Shown here: piece after piece, positions 40,303-52,353 of the stretch | Numbering within the stretch: position 1 is the stretch's first letter | Layout of the letters: each line of letters begins with the position of its first letter | DNA from: Octopus sinensis | Lineage: Eukaryota | DNA length: 64,000 bases | Assembly: GCF_006345805.1 (NCBI RefSeq) | Contig: NC_042998.1 | Coordinates: 1,240,001-1,304,000, forward strand | Direction: 5' to 3' | Program-made: the position numbers and the translations under genes | The notes under the pieces: model-generated | Databases searched by the model: none | What the model was told of the DNA's origin: nothing | Seen by the model: only the letters and a program-made list of their open reading frames with translations

Positions 40303-40535
40303 AAGGCGGTGAGCTGGCAGAAACGTTAGCACGCTGGGCGAAATGCTTAGCAGTATTTCGTCTGCCGTTACGTTCTGAGTTCAAATTCCGCCGAGGTCCA
40401 CTTTGCCTTTCATCCTTTCGAGGTCGATAAATTAAGTACCAGTTACGCACTGGGGTCGATGTAATCGACTTAATCCGTTTGTCTGTCTTTGTTTGTCCCC
40501 TCTGTGTTTAGCCCCTTGTGGGTAGTAAAGAAATA
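40303..40535 (+). mobile_element. SINE family B, near consensus
   Basis: Full head, core and tail. Confidence 0.9.
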
Positions 40536-40576
40536 TATATACATACATATATACGTGCGTGTGTGTATGTATATAT

Positions 40577-40676
<100 letters not shown>

Positions 40677-40679
40677 TAT

Positions 40680-40724
<45 letters not shown>

Positions 40725-40849
40725 AAGAAAGATAGAAAAACAGACAGTCAGAGAGTTAGACAGATAGACAGATAGATAGATATGTATATAAGTGTGTGTG
40801 CGCATGTGTGTATATATATATGTGTGTGTGCGTGTGTGTGTGTGTGTGT

Positions 40850-40887
<38 letters not shown>

Positions 40888-41313
40888 CGTGCGTGTGTGT
40901 GCGTGCGTGTTTATCCAAGAGAAGGAGCAATATTAAAGAGAAATGATTGATGTAAAATAAGATTAGAAAATGAGGATTAAGATTTCGCCTCACTGTGATG
41001 ATTAATCAACATCTCAACTTTTCGACGAGCTTCTCATAGTTAGATGGTGAAGGGCAGAAATGAATTTAATCAGCGACTTCGATATCACGTATCTTCTCAA
41101 ACAAATTCGAGTTGAAGTATCACTTATCTATCGGCACATTCGGGAGCAGCTAATGCCACTAACGCAGTAAGTCGATTTTCAAATACGCTACGCGTTATAA
41201 TCATTTATCTTAAAAGAGGTGCCGTCAATCTCGAGTTAAATGGCTTTGAGCTTTGCACCATTGTTAGTCCAGTTATATTGACGAAGTTCACAGCGAAGTT
41301 TTCTTTATAAAAA

Positions 41314-41699
41314 TACTAGCAGTATAGCCCGGCGTTGCTCGAGTTTGTTTCGACTCTTTAGAATTGGAATTTTTGAAAAGTAAAAATTTTGCGTTATGTA
41401 GCTTGTTATTCTCTTTAAGTGAACATTTTTCTGGTTGAAATACACCGAAAAATGGCGACACGGAAGTCAAAAAAACGTAAAAAATAGGGATTTACATAGA
41501 ATAAAAAGCACCTTTTTTCGATGTAAAGAATTTTTGGTCTTAACATGGTCTGATTTGAATTTTATCTTCTAAGGAATAAAGAGTACGCCTTCTTCTATCA
41601 TACTCTCAATTTTGGTCAACTTGCGCTGCAGGGTCTCGGAGGAAATAGTGTTAGTTGAAGGCTATCAAACCTGCCACACACAGACAACTTCAGCTTTAT

Positions 41700-41705
<6 letters not shown>
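41314..41705. mobile_element. Non-autonomous Helentron/HINE-like element
   Basis: Starts TACTAGCAGTATAGCCCGGCGTTGCTCG, ends CAGCTTTATATAGAT running into (GATA)n; second copy at 10072. Confidence 0.6.
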
Positions 41706-41781
<76 letters not shown>

Positions 41782-42044
41782 GTGTGTGCACGCGCGCATG
41801 TGTCTTTGTATGTGTGAGTGTGCGTGCGTGTTAGTAGTAGTGATGAATCTCTCCTGTTTCAGGATGAGGACTCAGTAGATGAGCATTCCACAGTCACGTG
41901 TACCCTGGACGTAATTCTCAGGCAGAGTCACTACGACACAGTATACCACATAGCTGCACATCTAAATTACAATTTCCATCAATCCTATTTCAGCGACACA
42001 CGTTGGCTTAGTTTGAGACAATAGATCAGTCATAAAGTTAAAAA

Positions 42045-42282
42045 GGAAAGTTATCTTCTCCAGTCTGCCGACTCACAAGGGCCGGTTTCCTGGTTTCCAA
42101 GGCGTACAAATTCCCCATCGGTTCGTCGCAGAGTTATTTGATTTTGCCTGCTAAGTAGACTGGAGCAGCGTGAAATGAAGTTTTTTGTTCAAGAGCACAA
42201 CGCGGCTCCCGGTCCAGGAATCGAAACCATAATCTTGCGATCCTGAATCCAGAACCCTAATCACTAAACCACGCATCTCCAC
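42045..42282 (-). mobile_element. tRNA-SINE (D/C-related hybrid)
   Basis: Minus head GTGGAGATGCGTGGTTTAGTGATTAGGG..GGTTTCGATTCCTGG; AAGGGCCGGTTTCC tail. Confidence 0.7.
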
Positions 42283-42617
42283 TATAGAACAGTCATAAGT
42301 AAACTGTGGCCTGCGAAACTTACTGGATGGCACACCAACGAAAAGTTATCTTGACTTGTTTTAGTATTTTGAGCCACCTGATGATGTGGCATGTCTCATG
42401 CGGTCTGCTTCTCGAAAAAGATTGGCCCATATAAGATGGTATGCGTTGTATTAAATACACGAGACATAAAACTTTTCCTGGATAAATTAGTATTCTATTT
42501 TACAATGGAACTATATCACTGAACAGGTCGCACTTGTCTCACTAAAATGTTGACACCTTATGAAATAAATCTGAAGTGAATTATACAGCTATTTAACATA
42601 CATGTATATCTTTGAAT

Positions 42618-42830
42618 ATTGGTTTCAAATTTCGGCACAAGGCCAGCAGTTTAGGAGGAGAGGGTAAGTCGATTACATTGATCCCAGTGTTCAACTGGTA
42701 CTTATTGTATCGACCCCCGAAAGGATGAAAAGCAAACTCGACCTCGGCGGAATTTGAACTCAAAATGTAATAACGGACGAAAAGCTGCTTTTTTGCCCGA
42801 CAGGCTACCGATTCAGCCAGCTCGCCGCCT
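42618..42830 (-). mobile_element. SINE family B
   Basis: Reverse-complement core and head. Confidence 0.8.
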
Positions 42831-42865
42831 AATACGTATATTAACATACATGCACACGCGTATAT

Positions 42866-42912
<47 letters not shown>

Positions 42913-43209
42913 CATACTTATGTAGAGTTATTGTGTGTATGTAGGTAGGTATACACACGTGAGGCGAAATCTTAATCCTCATTTTCTAATCTTATCATCA
43001 ATCATTTCTCTTTAATATTGCTCCTTCCCTTGGATAAACACGCACGCACACACACACGCACACAACACACACACACACACACACACACAACACACACACA
43101 CACACACACACATACGCACTCATGATAAGGACATCAAAATTCATTGACCTTGGATGTTTAAAAACATGTTTCAGTTGTATTTTGTGTAAATGCTAGAAAG
43201 GTTACTTAC

Positions 43210-43273
43210 TCTTGTTTTAAATGGTTAAGTTGAGCAAAAAGTTGTTCTTGTAACCATAGGATCCCTTTTGTGA
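43210..43273 (-). CDS. Candidate exon (phase 1 to 2), (F)TKGILWLQEQLFAQLNHLKQ(E)
   Basis: Donor AGA|gtaagt, acceptor aaatctcatcag, open frame. Confidence 0.4.
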
Positions 43274-43644
43274 CTGATGAGATTTTGACAGTTGAGGATC
43301 ATCTTCGACCTCTGTATTTCGGTATCTCCAGAATGAAAAAAAAAAGGACTCAAAAGGACTGAGCACAGTGGTTAGTGTGAAGCATGTTGTAAGGAAATAC
43401 AGGGTGCGGCAGAAAGAATGCCCCGATTCCAAAGGTTCAAGAAAAAAATGAAATTCTCCACTTCAAGTCATGATGGGCACGGTCTGAAACAAACAGAAAA
43501 ATGCATTTAATGAACTTCATAGAAATACAAAGTGTTTTCATGCATCTTCATGTTTGTTTTTTATTAACCTTTCTGCCGCATCCTGTATAAGTAATAAACG
43601 GAGGAGAGCTGAGTGCCTTGGTGGGTTTGGACTTGATATGCATC

Positions 43645-43928
43645 TGTTTGTTTGTTCCTTTTCGAGCCATGCCTGGCTAATAAGGGCCGTTTTCCCGGTT
43701 TCCTTGGCGTATAGGTCCCTCACCTGGACGGGACGCCAGTCTGTCGCAGGTGAGCTGTAAGATGCAGGAGGAAAGAGTCAGCAGAAGTTCGCCATTGCCT
43801 TCTGCTGGAGCCGAGTGGAGCTTAGGTGTTTCGCTCATAAACACACACATCGTCCTGTCTGAGATACGAACCCGCGATCCCTCGACCGTGAGTCCGCTGC
43901 TCTAACCACAAGGCCACGTGCCTCCACA
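43645..43928 (-). mobile_element. tRNA-SINE family D
   Basis: Homologous to 47620-47925 with a small deletion. Confidence 0.85.
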
Positions 43929-44018
43929 TATGCATCTAGTGAACACAAACGGGCAGAGGCTATTTAAGTAGGAGTGAAAGGATGGAGAATGAAAATACAG
44001 TGTGTTTATGGGCTATAA

Positions 44019-44128
44019 ATTGAAATGCATTGGTGTGTGACCTCAAGCCTATCTATTGAAATGCATTGGTGTGTGACCTCAAGCCTATCTATTGAAATGC
44101 ATTGGTGTGTGACCTCAAGCCTATCTAT
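44019..44128. repeat. Three perfect tandem 36-bp units
   Basis: ATTGAAATGCATTGGTGTGTGACCTCAAGCCTATCT at 44019, 44055 and 44091. Confidence 0.95.
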
Positions 44129-44399
44129 CAGTCGAGAGACTTTTTAATAAGTAGTAACAACACAATCCTATTGCGAGCTGAACTTTAGGTTAGCTTTTAA
44201 GAAGTGGTTTTTGCAGTGCTGTGACCATGATTTTGGCAAGTGAAATCATTAGTAAAGCCTAGCATTTGCAGTCTCTTTGAGGGTTTTCGTTTACCTCCAT
44301 GACTAGACTAAATAAAATACCAGACGGTTTTCCTTGTATCTGTAATTATTGTGTCGTTCAGTAGTTGCCAGTGTTTGCTTGGATTCGAGTAAATATTTA

Positions 44400-44805
44400 T
44401 CTTTTACTTTTTACTTGTTTCAATTATTAGACTGCGGCCATGCTGGAGCACCGTCCTGATGAATTTTTAGTCACGTGGATCACCACCCCAGCCCCTTCCA
44501 GTACTCATCTTTATAAAGTCTGCTATTTATTCCATCGGGCCCTTTTGCCGAACTAGTAATGGGGACGTAAACAAACCAACACCGGCTGGGGGAAAAACAA
44601 AAACAAATGTGTGTGTATGTGTGTGTATGTGTGTGTGTGTGTGTGTGTTGGGTCTCTTTTAGTTTCCATCTACCAAATCCATTCACAAGGCCTCGGTCAG
44701 CCCGAAGCTATAGCAGAAGACACTTGCCCAAGGTGTCACGCGGCGGAACTAAACCTGGAACCAGGTGGCTGAGAAGCAAACTGCTTAGCGAACCGTCACG
44801 CCTGA
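44400..44805 (-). mobile_element. SINE family A
   Basis: Diverged full reverse-complement copy. Confidence 0.8.
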
Positions 44806-46096
44806 GCGGAAATGCTTTAGGTCTTCACGGTGTTTCAAATATAAATTGCAACCATTAGCAATTTATACCATGTAATGCAGGCATGCTAAGCAGTTCTCAT
44901 TCAGTTTATTTCCACAGACCAAACATCATCTGTAGTTCCAAGGAAATCTAAGGAAGCGATTTATTGGAAAATTTAATTTTATGACGCGAACAACTTTCGA
45001 CAGCTGCAAATGTTGCAACTCTGCATACATAGTAAGAACTGGTGATCCAAGAGCAATCAATTTCTATTAGGTTTATTGCTGCATATTAACCATGGATCAT
45101 AATGCCGTACTAACTATCCTCCTTCACCATCATGGATTACTACAGACTGTAAAAGGGAACAAATGAATACCCGAGTAACTTCATTTAAAGGTTGTTCGAG
45201 GGTGCTGAGGCAGAAACGTATTTTCTATGAAAATCAGTGAAACCTGGGTTTATCCTACCCAGGAATTTATTCCTAAGAGTCAAGCATATGTCTTTTGGTG
45301 TGACCTAGAACTCTCTACAGTGCCATATGGAAACGTTCGAGCAAGTATTAAAAATTTCGGCCATTCAGTCACTTTGTAATTTCTGGTGACTAAGATTCTC
45401 TTTTTGTTCCTGTTTTGGGTTCTGTTAATACCATTTGTGCTACCCAACCTACACACACACACACACATATATATATTTGTACACACAAGCATAGATCATT
45501 ACATACAAATATCTGTATGTATAGAAACTTATTCATAAACACTCACATATATAAATTCAATCGTCCCAGATAAAATTGGATATTTTAATCGGCTGTAATT
45601 TGACTTGGCAACTTGATTTGTAACTGAGGCACTGGAAGACAATAGAATAACGTGAAATGCATTGATTTCAATATTAGATTTATACTTTATTTGCATCAGA
45701 AAAGATTTGACCTTCGTAAGGTTTGAACTCGGAAGTAAAGAAACGTAAAACACACGGCAAAGTAATTTTGTCTGGCGATGTTCCAATTCTGCCAAACTTC
45801 TTCCCTTCTTATTTCAAATATATAATGAATAAAAAACGATATAGAATGCAACGTGAGGATCTTCGCAACCAAATATGTTCAAATATTCAATCAATTATTT
45901 GTAGTACCACCCTATTGTTATATCGTGAGTGGCGGTTAGTAGGATAATGGAGAAAGTTAACTGTTGGCAATTTGTTGCTACCGTAGAGTTTACATCTTCG
46001 CTGTCAAACTATGAATGAAATACGAAGATGGTGTTTACGACATATCCACGTACAACCCAACCTGTGGATGCTGAAATGCATAAACTATTCAGAGAA

Positions 46097-46280
46097 AGGT
46101 GGTAAGCTGGCAGAATCGTTAGAAACTCGAAACTAAAAATGGTTTACTATATTTGCTCCGATTCTTTATTTTCGGGTTTCAAATGCCACTCAAGTCAACT
46201 TTGCTTTCATCCTTTTGGGAAAGTACTTGGGTCGATTGTATCGCCCAGTCTATCACAAAACTTATTGGATTTGTGCCTAA
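46097..46280 (+). mobile_element. Degenerate SINE family B
   Basis: AAGGTGGTAAGCTGGCAGAATCGTTAG head and TTTGCTTTCATCCTTTTGG core. Confidence 0.65.
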
Positions 46281-47619
46281 ATAAGATACTTTTATTATCT
46301 AGAGTAGTAAAATTTAGAGACGGGCGTTTATTTTTGTTCATCTACGTTCGCAGTTCAAATCGCATTGTGGTTTGTATTTCATTCATTTCGAGTCATACTT
46401 TCCCCTTCAGTATTGGAAACGGTACTTATTAAGACAGTGTGAAAATAAGATTAACTCCATTTCATGTGTATTATTAGCAAAGTCTAAAGACTTGAATTGC
46501 GAATTTTCTACTGCCATATTCTTGAAATGAAGCACCAGTTGTCATCGATGAATAAATGCAAAGCTTGTTTTAATTCTTTATTTTTTTTCTTTTTGCTGTG
46601 CGGACATTTGAAAAAATACTGCACGTGAAATTTATCAACCGTCACCTTTCATACCATTTCATATGGCTTAGCTATATTTATGTACATTAAACCCTACGAA
46701 GAAAATCTTCACCTTTCTGAATAAACATATTTCTTTGTAAACATAAATTTATTTCTTTCCTGTACTGTAACACACTTTGATCTCTTCAGAATAGAATGAT
46801 GTTCCTCACTCAACTTTTTTATAATGTGACAAGAATCAGTTAAATCTATTTTAGCAACGATATTTGCAAGGTGAGATAAGTAAAAATCATGTGTCTAAAA
46901 ACCATGCGTCATTCTTCTAGAACACAAAGTCAAAGTATGTTATTTGTGAGATCAATACTTTATGAAATATCTATTGAGACTCCTTCTTTTTTTAAAGACT
47001 GCAATAAAAGATAAACGCCGAAAAGAAAAGAAAAAAACGTCCGCCTTTTCAATTATTATCTCCAAAAGAAGTTAAAAATCGATTTGACGCTGGAAACAAG
47101 AATAAAGACACTCGAATTCTTCTCCATGTGTCCAATTTTCTGAAAACTGATAAGGCAGACACTAATTACAGAACTGTCAGTGAAATAGAATTTTGAACTG
47201 AAGAAAAAATTGAAATATATAAAATAAACGACTCAGATTCTTTACATAGAAAGTACTCAAAGATGTGCAAACAAAAGGAAACAAAATTAGTTTTAATCGA
47301 GTCAGCATCTATTTTCATAAAAATAATTTTTCACTATTGAGATTGCTTGTATCTGTGCCGACTTCATTTCATTATATTCAGTATTTATTTACACTAGATA
47401 GTGATGCTTTCGGTCGTAAAATTTCTCTGTTCAAATTTATGGCTTTTAAAAACAAAGTATCACTTAGCAAGAACAATGTGTTGTTGATATTGAAAGTGAA
47501 GAAATTCTCTTGATTTATAACGTGCGATCTTAGACGTGTCCACATAGACTTATCCGCTTAGTAAATATTCAGTTTCCTGTTGTTACAAAGTCACTTGTTT
47601 TGTCTCGTTGTATTAAGTT

Positions 47620-47925
47620 GTTGTTTGTTCCTTTTTGAGCCTTGCCTGGCTCATAAGGGCCGGTTTCCCGGTTTCTTGGCGTATAGGTTTCCCACCTGGA
47701 CGGGACGCCGGTCCGTTGCAGGTGAGCTGCAAGATGCAGGAGGAAGGAGTGAGAGAAAGTTGTGGCGAAAGAGTCAGCAGAAGTTTCGCCATTACCTTCT
47801 GCCGGAGCCGCGTGGAGCTTAGGTGTTTCGCTCATAAACACACACATCGCCCGGTCTGAGATTCGAACCTGCGATCCCTCGACCGCGAGTCCGCTGCTCT
47901 AACCACTAGGCCAAGTGCCTCCACA
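47620..47925 (-). mobile_element. tRNA-SINE family D, full length
   Basis: Minus head GTGGAGGCACTTGGCCTAGTGGTTAGAGC (A box)..GGTTCGAATCTC (B box); (CAA)n tail. Confidence 0.9.
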
Positions 47926-49686
47926 CCGTTGTATTAAGGCGATGGTTCAAAGCTAAAGTGCCTGCATTGTTACTTCTCATGCCGACTGCAAAGGATGCCA
48001 ATAACACAACTATTTGGTTCTCAAGTAATATCTAGACTACAAATCTTGATGGAGGGAACAGTCGATTCGGTCGATAAAAGTACTTGACTCGTACTTATTT
48101 TATCGAGCCCACCCCTGTCTGCAAAGGAAAGGAAGATAAAGTCGATCCCCACAGGATTTCAACGTAGAATGTATACCGACGTAGCTACACACTACAGAAA
48201 GCTACAATGAAAGAGGTTTCCCGACCATACTGTAGTATCTAAATTCACTCTAGACTTTTCTAAATGATAGTCTCCAAGTTTATTTTGTGTGACACAAATA
48301 TTGTAAACTTAGAAGCATGCGTCATACATAAACAAACTCCTTAAGCAGGCGTTTTAAACAACTATTTGAAACAAGGGAGGGGAGTGCTTACAGTGTGAGC
48401 GTCCTATATCATTATCCAGACTATTTCTCTCAATTTAACGAATATTGTTGTTGTTGCTCACATCCGTTATATCAATAGCTTTGCCTCGTAAGCTTTGTAA
48501 GTTTTGTCTAAGGAAGATTCTGGCATAAGAAATGCCCCGGACCACTTCGTATTTGACTAACTTGTAAGTATAAACAATTTCTAATAGTAATATATTTTAT
48601 AAGTAAACATGATGTGACGGAGAACAAATAGAAAAGATTGAATCGTACGATTAGAACCCTGTGAAAGTTTTTGTTCACATATGTTGCCGATGTTTTTTGG
48701 TAACTCAAGCCTCCTATTTTCTGCTTTGAATCTAAGGCTTTGATTGAGTGTCAAATATTAATTTGCAATTATCGATTTTCTTTTAAAGTCCTCATTGTGT
48801 AAAATAGCAATACTCGTAGACTTTACAGGTTGTTCAATCAACAAGAATTCCGTTTGAGTAGTTTGGACGTGAAAAGATGTCTTGTGTGTTGCAATTTGAT
48901 AGAAGGAAAAGGATTGAATTAAGAAATATGACATAGAGGTAAAAGGGAACATTGTATTTAGAGCAAACATTACTGTTGTAGTATTATTGGAAACGTTAAA
49001 AATTATACTACTTGAGAGAGGTAAGTAGTTGTAGTAAAATAAATTGAATTTCCTAATATTCCAAATTGAGTTTTTCTCCATGCTAAAATGTTTGGGCCTT
49101 CTTTTAATATAGCGTTTTCTAAAGTGAGCGTCAGCATCCTCCACAAGGACGTCAGTATTTCTTAAGGAAGATGAGTGAACTGATTGAAAACATCCCAAAA
49201 AAGAAAACTGATTTATAGTTATCCCTTTGAAAAGTGTCACCCATTTATCTGAGGAATGTTACAAAACAGTAACTAATACTTCTGGAAGAAATCGATGAAA
49301 GGCTTTATGAACTGTTGATTTGTTTAGTTCAAGTGAAGCATGAAAGAGTAGGCTTATGACCAAAAGTACTTTTGGTGTAACCATTCCATTTCCTTTTCAG
49401 GCATATTGTCCTCTAGTAATACATAAACTAATTTTCGTTTTCGTTTTAGACATTAGGATGTGATTTAAGGCAGATTTAGCAACTACTTCTAACAGATTGA
49501 GTACCACGTTAAGGTTTCCCAAATAGAAACAAAATTTAAAGAATACTGCACCAAACGTCTCATTCATATTGCTCAGCTGCATTATTTTCTCGCCTTCACA
49601 GCTCATCAAATACGAAGCAAATCTTGTTTTGTGATGGTGTTTTATGAAATCAAGTGCATTCTCCCAGTTGTCATTGCCTGACCTAC

Positions 49687-49804
49687 AGATGCACGCTGAG
49701 AGTAAATCCTTCTCGGAACATACAGGCCACCATTCACCTACATTTCGACAAATTTTCCGAAGTAGCAACGGATTAACAGTTTCCACGTTCCTATACCATA
49801 ATAT
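49687..49804 (-). CDS. Candidate exon (phase 0 to 1), ILWYRNVETVNPLLLRKICRNVGEWWPVCSEKDLLSACI
   Basis: Long polypyrimidine acceptor ttttacttcccttttcatttctaag, donor TCT|gtaggt; lies in a 151-aa ORF. Confidence 0.45.
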
Positions 49805-49961
49805 CTTAGAAATGAAAAGGGAAGTAAAATAAAAGAAAGGAAAATATAACAAACAAAATCGACCAAAACAAAAACCGTGCTAAAGTGATACTGTGCAAAA
49901 CGTAACGTGTAAAACGAATAACAACTTCACACACGCAAATACACACATATACAAACGTGCA

Positions 49962-50020
<59 letters not shown>

Positions 50021-50164
50021 GCATATGCACAAAGAAACACACAACACCTACATGTATTATGGTATGTGTCAGTGTAGCTAAACTGATCAGCTCCGTCATC
50101 ATCATCCACACACTAATAATAACCATCGTCATGATTGTCATTTAATACATAATACATACATACA

Positions 50165-50202
<38 letters not shown>

Positions 50203-50339
50203 TCAATAAATGGTGGGGTTGTGTTGACCGCACGTGGAGAAATGATAAGTAAGGAAAATTTTTTTTAAAAATGCAGAATGCTCAAATGAAAGAAAATTTT
50301 AATAAAATGAGAAATTGATAAAATATATAAATATATATT

Positions 50340-50380
50340 TATTCAACCGGTTTTCGTCATTGTATGACTTGTCAAGAATA
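50340..50380 (-). ncRNA. Hammerhead-like motif, U3-A8 core variant (left arm)
   Basis: Mirror copy of 50887-50927. Confidence 0.5.
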
Positions 50381-50886
50381 TTTATGTCTTAAAAAGTTTT
50401 TTTTTAAATTAGAAAGGGGAAAAAAAGAAAATTGCATTGTTTTTTGTAAAAGAATAATGATAAAAATGTACAAAAATTAAAAAATAAGTACTCCGATACA
50501 TTGTGAGTTCGTTGTGTATCTTGAGTTTTATGATTGTTCACGAAAAAATTACCTTGAGGTGTTAAGATCCGAAGGGATTAAGAGCATGTGTTGTGTTGTT
50601 TAATTCAGCATGTTTGCAGGACAGGAAGTAGTGACTACTTCCTGTCCTGCAAACATGCTGAATTAAACAACACAACACATGCTCTTAATCCCTTCGGATC
50701 TTAACACCTCAAGGTAATTTTTTCGTGAACAATCATAAAACTCAAGATACACAACGAACTCACAATGTATCGGAGTACTTATTTTTTAATTTTTGTACAT
50801 TTTTATCATTATTCTTTTACAAAAAACAATGCAATTTTCTTTTTTTCCCCTTTCTAATTTAAAAAAAAAACTTTTTAAGACATAAA

Positions 50887-50927
50887 TATTCTTGACAAGT
50901 CATACAATGACGAAAACCGGTTGAATA
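50887..50927 (+). ncRNA. Hammerhead-like motif, U3-A8 core variant (right arm)
   Basis: UAUUC-UUGACAA-GUCA(UACAA)UGAC-GAAA-ACCGGU-U-GAAUA: 5-bp helix I, G-C-closed helix II, palindromic helix III, one extra A. Confidence 0.5.
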
Positions 50928-51225
50928 AATATATATTTATATATTTTATCAATTTCTCATTTTATTAACATTTTCTTTCATTTGAGCATTCTGCATTTTT
51001 AAAAAAATTTTTCCTTACTTATATATATATATATATATATATGCATGTAAGTAATGCAAAACCGTATTATAAAAATTCGATTTGTGAAGTCTCCGATCTG
51101 TGGTCGCTGCAAAGCGTCAAACAATCAACGGAACTCAAAACAGTCAAACGCTACTATACAAAGAAGATTGACTCGGTGCGTCAGATAAGCTGTAGGGAGA
51201 AGCTTAAAGAATGGAAGCCCTTCTC

Positions 51226-51261
<36 letters not shown>

Positions 51262-51759
51262 CGATAACCATTGCCTCTCAGTATAGTTACTGCTTTCATC
51301 TCTTATAGAAATTTTCTAACTGGGTAATTTGCTTGTTGCAAGATCAGTGACTGGGTGTCCTTTATTTACTATTTATTGCGAGCTGGATGAACTACTATTT
51401 CTAGCGGACGAGTATCTACCACCGAGGATGAGCACAAAGAGATCGAAGCCGTACGGAATGGTGGTCTCGTGAGTGGAAGTGGATAGGGTTCGCTCCCCTG
51501 CCTGCAATATATATCGGGTGCAAATTGCATCGAATAACCAGTTGGAGGAAGCGTCCTCTTGGAGATGAAATGGTAGTAACGTCGGTTCCGTTGGAACAGT
51601 CATAGGTTTTCTAACTAGCTAAATTGTTTATATGTATATATAAAGAGAGAGAGAGACAGAGAGAGAGAGAGACAGAGAGACAGAGACAGAGAGAGGAGAG
51701 AGAGATAATTTTCGAAAGTTCTACAACCCAACTTTAGGATTCAAGGCTATACCTGCCTC

Positions 51760-52135
51760 CAAATGGAACACCACTGCACAGTAGCAATGATCGCGCTCTT
51801 TCCATCTAGAGTAAGGACACAGTATTGTAATAACTCAGGTTAGAAGGAACCACAAATTTTCAATAATCTGCTAAACAACCTCAGAGATCTGCGCGATGCG
51901 GATATAGATATGCCCAAAGAGCATTCGGACAAATTTTTATCTGACGTACCACACGAATTATTATTATCGAGGCATGAAACTCAAAGAAGAAGAGCTCTAC
52001 GAAACTCATTACTTCATCAGAAACAGTTCCAAAAATTGAACCGGGAAATGAGAGTAAAAAACCAGCTACACTAAAGGTAGTGCCCCAGCGTGGCCACAGT
52101 CTCTAGCTGCAACCAATAAAAGTAAATACAGATAA
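51760..52135 (+). mobile_element. CR1-like LINE 3' end with tail
   Basis: RTQYCK*LRLEGPQIFNNLLNNLRDL..DKFLSDVPHE..RNSLLHQK followed by AAAGGTAGTGCCCCAGCGTGGCCACAG..AATAAAAGTAA. Confidence 0.65.
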
Positions 52136-52190
52136 GGGAAAGAAATCCGCTGAAGCCATAAAAGATTGCCACGGACAGTCAACTTTATTG

Positions 52191-52353
52191 GCCGCCATTT
52201 TGTTTTAGGACATTCATTTCCATATTCCTATTCTATGCAAAACGAATAAATTGATTCAAAATTAGTCATCCTAACATAGTAATTGGAACGTATGCGCATG
52301 CGTACATACGCAACGGTTCTGTATTACAAATGATATGGAATTAGACACGTGAC
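52191..52353 (-). promoter_or_regulatory. Cluster of housekeeping-promoter motifs (YY1-, NRF1- and E-box-like)
   Basis: GCCGCCATTTTG 52191-52202, TGCGCATGCG 52293-52302, CACGTGAC 52346-52353. Confidence 0.35.

Larger units (their letters stand above)
40889..43060. repeat. Inverted duplication of about 100 bp (40889-40993 vs 42959-43060) bracketing about 2 kb
   Basis: TTTATCCAAG(A/G)GAAGGAGCAATATTAAAGAGAAATGATTGATG..GATTAGAAAATGAGGATTAAGATTTCGCCTCAC and its reverse complement. Confidence 0.9.
50200..51022. repeat. Fold-back palindrome 2 (arms 50245-50632 and 50634-51022, 1-nt loop), PLE-type 3' end
   Basis: Arms nearly perfectly complementary; the left arm extends about 45 nt further; (TA)n on both sides. 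Confidence 0.95.

Noticed and set aside
44019-44128. 36-bp repeats as a CRISPR array
   Set aside because: The repeats are contiguous with no spacers, there are no cas genes, and the context is eukaryotic.
47845-47925. tRNA genes at SINE heads (also 12243 and 32260-32335)
   Set aside because: A and B boxes are present but there is no complete cloverleaf or acceptor stem, and the sequence continues into SINE bodies.
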